Origin: an uncultured Pseudomonadota bacterium
GTDB taxonomy: Bacteria > Myxococcota_A > Polyangia > Fen-1088
Direction of reading: 5' to 3'
Assembly: GCA_963847705.1 (NCBI GenBank)
Contig: CAWKBC010000027.1
Location: forward strand, 416,001-480,000
DNA: 64,000 nucleotides
Made by a program: the position numbers and the translations under genes. Of this stretch, positions 57,781 through 64,000 are shown piece after piece. Positions within the stretch are counted from its first letter, which is position 1. Each line of letters begins with the position of its first letter. The notes under the pieces were generated by a model that was not told where the DNA came from, did no database searches, and saw only the letters and a list, made by a program, of their open reading frames with translations.

Positions 57781-58437
57781 GTGGCTGAGCGCAAAGACGA
57801 TCCGCGCCTGTTGGCGACCCTGGCGCTGCTGACGTTCGCCACCGGGCTCATCGACGCGGCCAGCGTGCTCGGGCTGCGGCACGTGTTCACCGCGAACATG
57901 ACGGGCAACGTCGTGTTTCTGGGGTTCGCGCTGGTCCACGCGGGGAGCGCGACCGCGGCCGACTGCCTGCTGGCGCTGGCCGCCTTTCTGGTCGGTGCGA
58001 CGTTGGGCGGGCGGCTGGCGGCGAAGGGCCTCTCGTTCACCGCCGCGCTGGTGGTCGAGGTGGCGATCCTGGCCGTGGCGGCGGCGCTGGGATGGGCGCC
58101 CGCCGGCGTTCCACGGCCCGCGCTGGTGGAGATCGCGCTGCTGGCCCTGGCCATGGGGCTTCACAACGCCTCGGTGCGCAAGCTCGCCGTCCCCGACATG
58201 ACCACGACTGTGCTCACGCTCACCATCACCGGCCTGGCTGCCGACTCGTCGCTGGCCGGGGGCCAAAACCCGCGCCTGCCGCGCCGCCTCCTGGGCGTCG
58301 CGCTCATGTTGCTCGGCGCGCTCACCGGGGCGCTGCTGCTTCGGTGCGGGCTGAGGTGGCCGATCACGGCGGCAACCGTGGTCGTCGCAGGCGCGTGTGC
58401 GGTGTCGGCGACACAGGGAGTCACTCGGAAAAACTGA
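57781..58437 (+). CDS. YoaK/DUF1275 family membrane protein
   Basis: TGLIDA, VFTANMTGN, LAMGLHN, TTTVLT. Confidence 0.85.
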   Translation: MAERKDDPRLLATLALLTFATGLIDAASVLGLRHVFTANMTGNVVFLGFALVHAGSATAADCLLALAAFLVGATLGGRLAAKGLSFTAALVVEVAILAVAAALGWAPAGVPRPALVEIALLALAMGLHNASVRKLAVPDMTTTVLTLTITGLAADSSLAGGQNPRLPRRLLGVALMLLGALTGALLLRCGLRWPITAATVVVAGACAVSATQGVTRKN

Positions 58438-58593
58438 CGGTGGCGCTCGCGCCTGTCGTAAATTGATTGGACCGTTGGAACCGTTGGACCGCTTGCGGAG
58501 CGGGCAGCGGCTCAGTTCCCAGGCGCCACAAATGAGAGCGGGGCGCCACTGATGCAAAGACCTGGGCGCTGGTGGGGTGCATCGTGGCGGCAT

Positions 58594-59733
58594 ATGGGAT
58601 TTCGCTTATCGGCCGGTGAGATCGCCTGCGTCGTCTGCTGTCTCGTCGGCGGACCGGGCTGCGGGAGCTCCGGGAGCGCCGCCGGGACCGGAGGCAGCGG
58701 CGGCTCGGTCACCGGAACAGGCGGCGGCAGCGGGGGCGCCCCGTCGGACGGCGGCATCACCCGGGCGCCCTCCGGTCTGCCCGAGCCGGCGACGACCGGC
58801 GTCGCCAAACCGTCCGGCACGGCCGGCAACCTGACGGTCGTCAACTGGGCCGGCTTCAAGGCCGCCGTCTCCTGGACGTTCGACGACTCGCAGCCGTCGC
58901 AGATCGCGCACTACGCCGAGCTGCAGGCGGTCGGCATCCCGATGACCTTCTACATCAGCACCGGCAACAGCACCGAGTCCGGCTACGACGCCACCTGGAC
59001 CCAGGCGGTCGCCGACGGCAACGAGATCGGCAACCACACCGTCCATCACTGCCACGCCGATCTCAGCGGCTGCAGCTTCGGCACCGCCGACGCCACGCTG
59101 ACGCAGGAGATCGACGACTGCACCAGCTACATCGCGGCCCACTACGCACCGCAGACGACGGCCTGGACGGCGGCCTCGCCGTTCGGCGACACCGGCTACG
59201 ACAGCGACGACATGTCGCGCTTCCTGGTGAACCGCGGCGTCGCCGGCGGGACGATCGGCGCCAATGACACCACCGATCCGTTCAATCTTCCCATCTACCT
59301 GGCGCAGATGGCCGACACGGCGGTGAACTTCGCGGCGCAGATCGACGCCGCGCACATGGCGGGGAAGTGGCTGATCCTGTTGGTCCACTCGATCTTGCCC
59401 ACCAGCGACACCTGGTACAACCCGGTCGCCATCACCGACGTGACCGGCGGGATGAGAGCCGGCAAGTCGCTCCCCGACGTCTGGAACGACTCGGTCGTCG
59501 ACGTGGCCGCCTACTGGCGCGCGCAGAAGATGTTCTCCGCGCTCACGCCGACCACGGCCGGCGGCAGCAGCACCTGGACCTGGACGCTGCCGGCGAACTT
59601 CCCGCCCGGCAAGTACCTGCGCGTGACCGTCGCCGGCGGAACGCTGACCCAAGGTTCGACCACGCTGGCGTGGGACACGCACGGCTTCTACGAAGTCGCG
59701 CTCGACGCCGGAACGCTCACGCTTTCACCCTGA
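58594..59733 (+). CDS. Polysaccharide deacetylase (CE4/NodB) lipoprotein
   Basis: SWTFDD, EIGNHTVHH, SPFG, LLVH. Cys followed by a Gly-rich linker. Confidence 0.82.
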   Translation: MGFRLSAGEIACVVCCLVGGPGCGSSGSAAGTGGSGGSVTGTGGGSGGAPSDGGITRAPSGLPEPATTGVAKPSGTAGNLTVVNWAGFKAAVSWTFDDSQPSQIAHYAELQAVGIPMTFYISTGNSTESGYDATWTQAVADGNEIGNHTVHHCHADLSGCSFGTADATLTQEIDDCTSYIAAHYAPQTTAWTAASPFGDTGYDSDDMSRFLVNRGVAGGTIGANDTTDPFNLPIYLAQMADTAVNFAAQIDAAHMAGKWLILLVHSILPTSDTWYNPVAITDVTGGMRAGKSLPDVWNDSVVDVAAYWRAQKMFSALTPTTAGGSSTWTWTLPANFPPGKYLRVTVAGGTLTQGSTTLAWDTHGFYEVALDAGTLTLSP

Positions 59734-59756
59734 CGAAACAAACTGGAGGCCCCGCT

Positions 59757-61133
59757 ATGACCCGATCTCGAAATTACCTTGTTGGTCTGCTGGCGACTGC
59801 CATTGGACTGCTCACGGCTTCGCCCGCATTCGCGGGGTCGTGGCAGAACAACTTCGCCTTCGGGGCCACCCTTCAGGGGGACCTCTACACCCCCACCACG
59901 GTGGCCGCCTCGCCGGCGATCCTGGTGGTGATCCACATGTGCACCGGCCACTCGACGACCGTGCACGGGTGGTTCGACTCCTACGCCGACGCGCAAGGGT
60001 TTTACCTGATCGCGCCCGACGCGGGAAAGCAGTGCTTCGATGCGAGCGCCGCCCGCAGCGGCGACAAGGCCGCCGTCGTGACGATGGTCAATTACCTGAT
60101 CACCAACAAACACGCCGACAAGACCAGGGTCTTCGCCGCCGGAATGTCTTCGGGCGGCTGCATGACCAACACGCTCCTCGCCGTCTATCCGGACGTCTTC
60201 GCGGGCGGTTCGGCGATGCCCGGTTTTCCGGCCGGAATCTGGCCCGCGGGCGACATCACCTGCACCAAGTGCGGTTCGACGCCGCCCACGATGACCGCGG
60301 CCCAGTGGGCAGCGATGGCGACCAATGTGTTCAAGTGGAGCGGTCAGTACGGGTGCTCCCAGCAGTGGGCCGGCGGCGGCGACCAGTACAACTTCAACCT
60401 CTATCTCCCCGACGTGGCGTTGCAGTGGCAAGGTCTGGCGGGTCTGGGCGCCGGCATGTCGGAGGCCAGCTGGAGCGACCACACGGGCTGGACGCGGACC
60501 GTCTACAAGGACAGCTCCGGGAACGTGCGGATGGAAACGAACCTCGGTCCGTCGAGCCAGAAGCACGATCTGGAAACGGTTAGCCCCACGCTCTACAAGG
60601 ACGTCATCAGCTTCCTCGGCCTCGACAAGGCCACGGGCGCTTGTGGCCTGACCACCACCAGCACCACCGGCGGAGGCGGTGCCAGCGGTGGGACCACCGG
60701 CACCGGCGCAGCCGGCGCGACGGGGACTGGCGGGGTGACGGGCACCGGCGGCGTGACGGCGACCGGCGGGGTGACGGGCACTGGCGGCGTGACGGCGACC
60801 GGCGGCGTGACCGGCACTGGTGGTGTGACGGCAACCGGCGGCGTGACCGGGACCGGCGGCGTGAGGGGCACCGGTGGCGTGACGGGCGGTACGGGCGGGG
60901 TGACGAGCACCGGTGGCGAGACCGGCACCGGCGGCTCTGAGACCGGCGGCGCCAACGGCGAAGGGGGCGCGACGGGTACAGGCGGAACGGAGACCGGCGG
61001 CATGACCGGTGACTCTGGCAGCTCCGGGTGCAGCTGCGCCGTCGACGCGGGTCGCGGCCACCGCGGATCGCTCGTGGTCCTGCTCGGCATCGCCGTCGCG
61101 CTCGCAGCGCGACGGCGCCGCTCGCGCAAGTAG
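59757..61133 (+). CDS. PHB-depolymerase/CE1-type esterase with Gly/Thr linker and MYXO-CTERM tail
   Basis: Signal peptide, IHMCTG, CFD, GMSSGG nucleophile. Tail is GCSCAV...hydrophobic...RRRR. Confidence 0.85.
   Translation: MTRSRNYLVGLLATAIGLLTASPAFAGSWQNNFAFGATLQGDLYTPTTVAASPAILVVIHMCTGHSTTVHGWFDSYADAQGFYLIAPDAGKQCFDASAARSGDKAAVVTMVNYLITNKHADKTRVFAAGMSSGGCMTNTLLAVYPDVFAGGSAMPGFPAGIWPAGDITCTKCGSTPPTMTAAQWAAMATNVFKWSGQYGCSQQWAGGGDQYNFNLYLPDVALQWQGLAGLGAGMSEASWSDHTGWTRTVYKDSSGNVRMETNLGPSSQKHDLETVSPTLYKDVISFLGLDKATGACGLTTTSTTGGGGASGGTTGTGAAGATGTGGVTGTGGVTATGGVTGTGGVTATGGVTGTGGVTATGGVTGTGGVRGTGGVTGGTGGVTSTGGETGTGGSETGGANGEGGATGTGGTETGGMTGDSGSSGCSCAVDAGRGHRGSLVVLLGIAVALAARRRRSRK
60660..61010 (+). 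repeat. 18-bp-period (TGGVTG/TGGVTA) linker repeats
   Basis: Visible tandem codon repeats within the CDS. Confidence 0.8.
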
Positions 61134-61295
61134 CACGCCGGACGATTGGCGACGCCCATCTCGGCGTCTGGGCCAACCTTCTCCAACCGCGGCCGTCGAC
61201 TCCCGACGGCCGCGGTCGTCCGTTCTGGCTTCAGAAAATGTGCGCCCTGTTCCTGGGGGTGAGCTGTTCGGAACGTGCTCCGGACACCCACAGAC

Positions 61296-62225
61296 ATGCG
61301 ACGCATTTCATTCTCGGCGGTGGCCCTCGTGTTGCTCGGTGCCCTCGGCACGATGATCGGCTGCCAGAGCGGCGACACCGTCTCCACGGGGACGGGCGGC
61401 TCGAATCAAAAGGGGAGCGGGGGCTCGTCGAGCACCGGCGGGATCACCGGCACCGGCGGAACGCCGAGCACGGGCGGAACACCCGGCACCGGCGGGACGC
61501 CAGCCACGGGCGGCGTGACCGGTGCGGGCGGCGTTGTCGGCACCGGCGGAACGACCGGCACCGGCGGAACGACCGGCACCGGCGGAACGACGGGCACCGG
61601 CGGAACGCCGAGCACGGGCGGGACGACGGGCACCGGCGGAACGACCACCGGCGGGACGACGGGAACCGGCGGGACGCCGAGCACGGGCGGGACGACGGGC
61701 ACCGGCGGAACTCCGAGCACGGGCGGGACAACGGGCACCGGCGGAACGAGCACGGGCGGAACGACCGGCACCGCCGGGAGCAACGGCTTCGGCCAGCCGG
61801 CTTGCGGCAACAACGGCGCCGGCACCGCGATCGCCAAGAACGTCGCCTGCACCGCCTCCGATCCGCAGCTCTGCTACAAGCTCTGCGGCCCGGCCAGCAT
61901 CGGGGTCAAGTCCGAGACCTGCACGACCGGCGCATACATGGAGATGTCGGGGTGCAACTTCGACCCCGGGATGGACTACTCCTGTTACATGGTTCCCGCC
62001 GCGGCGAGCACGACCTGTCCGGCGACGGCGCCGCAAGCCTCCACGGCTTGCACCGTCAGCACCTGTGTCGTCTGCGGAGGGCCGAGCGCCAGCAGCGCCG
62101 CCGGCACGGGTTACCTCGACTCGACGGGGGCCGCCAAGGTCGGCTACTGTGTCTGCCAGGCCAGCGGGAAGTGGACCTGCGCCGCGACGAACGCCTGGCC
62201 CTGTCCGGGTGGAACCGGCTGCTGA
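61296..62225 (+). CDS. Lipoprotein with long TGG linker and Cys-rich C-terminal domain
   Basis: Lipobox MIGC, about 120 aa of TGG repeats, many Cys in the C-terminal 140 aa. Confidence 0.75.
   Translation: MRRISFSAVALVLLGALGTMIGCQSGDTVSTGTGGSNQKGSGGSSSTGGITGTGGTPSTGGTPGTGGTPATGGVTGAGGVVGTGGTTGTGGTTGTGGTTGTGGTPSTGGTTGTGGTTTGGTTGTGGTPSTGGTTGTGGTPSTGGTTGTGGTSTGGTTGTAGSNGFGQPACGNNGAGTAIAKNVACTASDPQLCYKLCGPASIGVKSETCTTGAYMEMSGCNFDPGMDYSCYMVPAAASTTCPATAPQASTACTVSTCVVCGGPSASSAAGTGYLDSTGAAKVGYCVCQASGKWTCAATNAWPCPGGTGC
61430..61772 (+). repeat. Gly/Thr (TGGT..) tandem linker repeats
   Basis: ACCGGCGGAACG-type units repeated. Confidence 0.8.
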
Positions 62226-62243
62226 GCGCCAGCTCCGCAGTAG

Positions 62244-62259
62244 GGCGCCTTCGGGCGCC
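62244..62259. terminator. Small hairpin with C(UUCG)G tetraloop between convergent genes
   Basis: GGCGCC-TTCG-GGCGCC. No U-tract. Confidence 0.35.
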
Positions 62260-62311
62260 ACATTGTCGGCATGGTTCGCTGCGCTCACCGTCCTCTCCGG
62301 CGACGCCACTC

Positions 62312-62899
62312 CTACCGCCGCTCCTGGCGGCGGTATCGTTCGGCGCCGAGCCGGTAGAGCACGTGGCGACGCATCGGACTCTGCGGCGGGAGGTTGGGGT
62401 GATCGAAGTCGTCCGCGGGGTCGCGGGACATCCCGAGCTTCTCCATTACATGGCGTGACCGCGCGTTGTCCGGGGTGGTCATCGAGATGATCTCGGCGAG
62501 GCGCAGCGTCTCGAAGCCGAACGCCAGCGCGGCCCGCGCCCCCTCGGTGGCGTAGCCGCGCCCCCAGGCGTCGTGCGCCAGGCGCCAGCCGATCTCGACG
62601 CAGGGGGTGAAGTGCGCCGAGAAGTTCGGCACGGCCAGGCCGATGAAGCCAATGAAGGCAGCCGGCGCGGCGCCGGTGAGCTCCACGGCCCACAGCCCGT
62701 GGCCGAGCTGCTCGAAGCCCTCGCGAATTCTCCGGGCGGAGCCGTCGCTCTCGGCGCGTGACAGGCAGGAGGGGAAATGCGCGCGGACCCGCGGATCGGC
62801 GTTGAGCGCGGCGAACGGCGCCAGGTCGTCGTCCCGCCAGGGACGCAAGATGAGGCGCTCGGTCCGCAACACGATGGGCTCGCCCACGGGGGGCAGCAT
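62312..62899 (-). CDS. GNAT N-acetyltransferase (RimJ/RimL family)
   Basis: LRTERLILRPW, EIGWRL...WGRGYATEGA, N.RS..VMEKLGM. Confidence 0.9.
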   Translation of the reverse strand: MLPPVGEPIVLRTERLILRPWRDDDLAPFAALNADPRVRAHFPSCLSRAESDGSARRIREGFEQLGHGLWAVELTGAAPAAFIGFIGLAVPNFSAHFTPCVEIGWRLAHDAWGRGYATEGARAALAFGFETLRLAEIISMTTPDNARSRHVMEKLGMSRDPADDFDHPNLPPQSPMRRHVLYRLGAERYRRQERR

Positions 62900-62901
62900 A
62901 G

Positions 62902-63942
62902 CTAACCGGACATCGACGCGGCGGCGCGGACGACCCGGTTTCGCCCCTCGGCCTTGCCGGCGTAGAGCGCCTCGTCGGCCTTCTTGAGGCAAGCGTCGAT
63001 GCGCATCGGGCGATCGAACACCGCGACGCCGAAGGTGAGCGTGACGCTCTCACCGAGGCCGGCGATCTCGGGCAAGCGCGCCTCGACCGCGATGCGCAGC
63101 CGGTCGGCGACCTCGCAGGCGGTGACGAGATCCGTTTCGGGGAGCAGCAGAAGAAACTCCTCGCCGCCCCAGCGGGCGACCGCGTCGTGGCCGCGCAGCC
63201 GCTCGCCGAACAGCCCCGCCACGGCGTGGAGCACGCGGTCACCGGCGGCGTGGCCGTGGGCGTCGTTGATCCGTTTGAAGCGATCCACGTCGGCCATGAC
63301 GACGCTGAACGCGCGGCCGGTGCGCTGGAATTCCTGCGCCGCCTCGCGCAGACGCTGCTCCATCGAGCGCCGGTTGAGGAGGCCCGTCAGCGGATCGGTG
63401 TGCGCCATCGACTCCATCCGGCGCTCGGCGGTGGTCGACGCGCGCCGAAAGTAGAAGGTGACCAGCGCCAGGGCCAGGAGGGGTATTGCCAGGTTCGCGT
63501 AGCGCCAGATCGAGGTCAGATAGCCGGGGAGGACGGCGCCGGTGACCGTCCCCTCGGGGGCCAGGGCGCGCAAGGCGATCAGCGCCACGAAGATGCCCGC
63601 CGAGATGATCGCCACGGTGCGGCTGGCCAGGCGATCGTTGAACATCACGAACGGGATGAGCGGGACCAGGTAGTACTGAAACCCGCTCGCCCAGCCGAGC
63701 GCGGCAACGGCCAGGAGTGCGTGCGCCACCACCTCCATGGTGATGAGCCCCATGGCGAGCGTGCTGCGTCCGCGGCGGTTGACGATCGCCGCCGCCAGCC
63801 AGAGCGCCACGCTCAGCACGTTGAAGGCCGCCAGGCGCAGGTGGCCGCCGAGGGCGAACATCGGAACGAAGCTGGCGTGGGCGACGATGCCGACCCAGGC
63901 CACGTGACGGACGACGGCGGCGATCCGCGGCGGGGGCGCCAC
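62902..63942 (-). CDS. Membrane-bound diguanylate cyclase; may start beyond the window edge
   Basis: About 6 TM segments, TDPLTGLLNRR, DVDRFK.IND..GH..GD, RWGGEEF. The frame is open to 64000. Confidence 0.9.
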   Translation of the reverse strand: MAPPPRIAAVVRHVAWVGIVAHASFVPMFALGGHLRLAAFNVLSVALWLAAAIVNRRGRSTLAMGLITMEVVAHALLAVAALGWASGFQYYLVPLIPFVMFNDRLASRTVAIISAGIFVALIALRALAPEGTVTGAVLPGYLTSIWRYANLAIPLLALALVTFYFRRASTTAERRMESMAHTDPLTGLLNRRSMEQRLREAAQEFQRTGRAFSVVMADVDRFKRINDAHGHAAGDRVLHAVAGLFGERLRGHDAVARWGGEEFLLLLPETDLVTACEVADRLRIAVEARLPEIAGLGESVTLTFGVAVFDRPMRIDACLKKADEALYAGKAEGRNRVVRAAASMSG

Positions 63943-64000
63943 CGCCGGGATGCCGGCGGTTACGCGACGAACCGGTCCCGTGGCGTGTGTGCCGGTGTCT

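Overview
This is very GC-rich bacterial DNA. It looks like Myxococcota (Polyangia-like): there are many lipoproteins with Gly/Thr linkers, a MYXO-CTERM tail and an ECF/anti-sigma/caspase triplet. About 50 CDS are supportable. I saw no rRNA, tRNA, CRISPR array or transposase. The standout is a locus at about 11.2-30.1 kb. It combines an OleA/FabH-like condensing enzyme, a PAPS-dependent sulfotransferase, a degenerate CysD-CysN-CysC fusion with an intact APS kinase, and a DHH phosphoesterase (candidate pAp phosphatase). It also has a trans-envelope lipid transport set (MMPL/RND, LolA-like, DUF1302-like barrel, FadL, CHI-like), two arylsulfate-sulfotransferase-like lipoproteins and two paralogous CxxC lipoproteins. 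My inference is a sulfated-lipid synthesis/export system, possibly a sulfate shuttle for sulfation outside the cytoplasm. Inside the locus, one intergenic region holds two oppositely oriented copies of a 59-nt core, each closed by a different perfect 27-28 bp stem, around a 36-bp tandem array. Two promoter regions share a TGTCTA-N15-TGTCTA motif. Two genes (EAL-CBS-GGDEF and the caspase-like protein) are split by single-base frameshifts. All family calls come from motifs recognised by eye, not from database searches.
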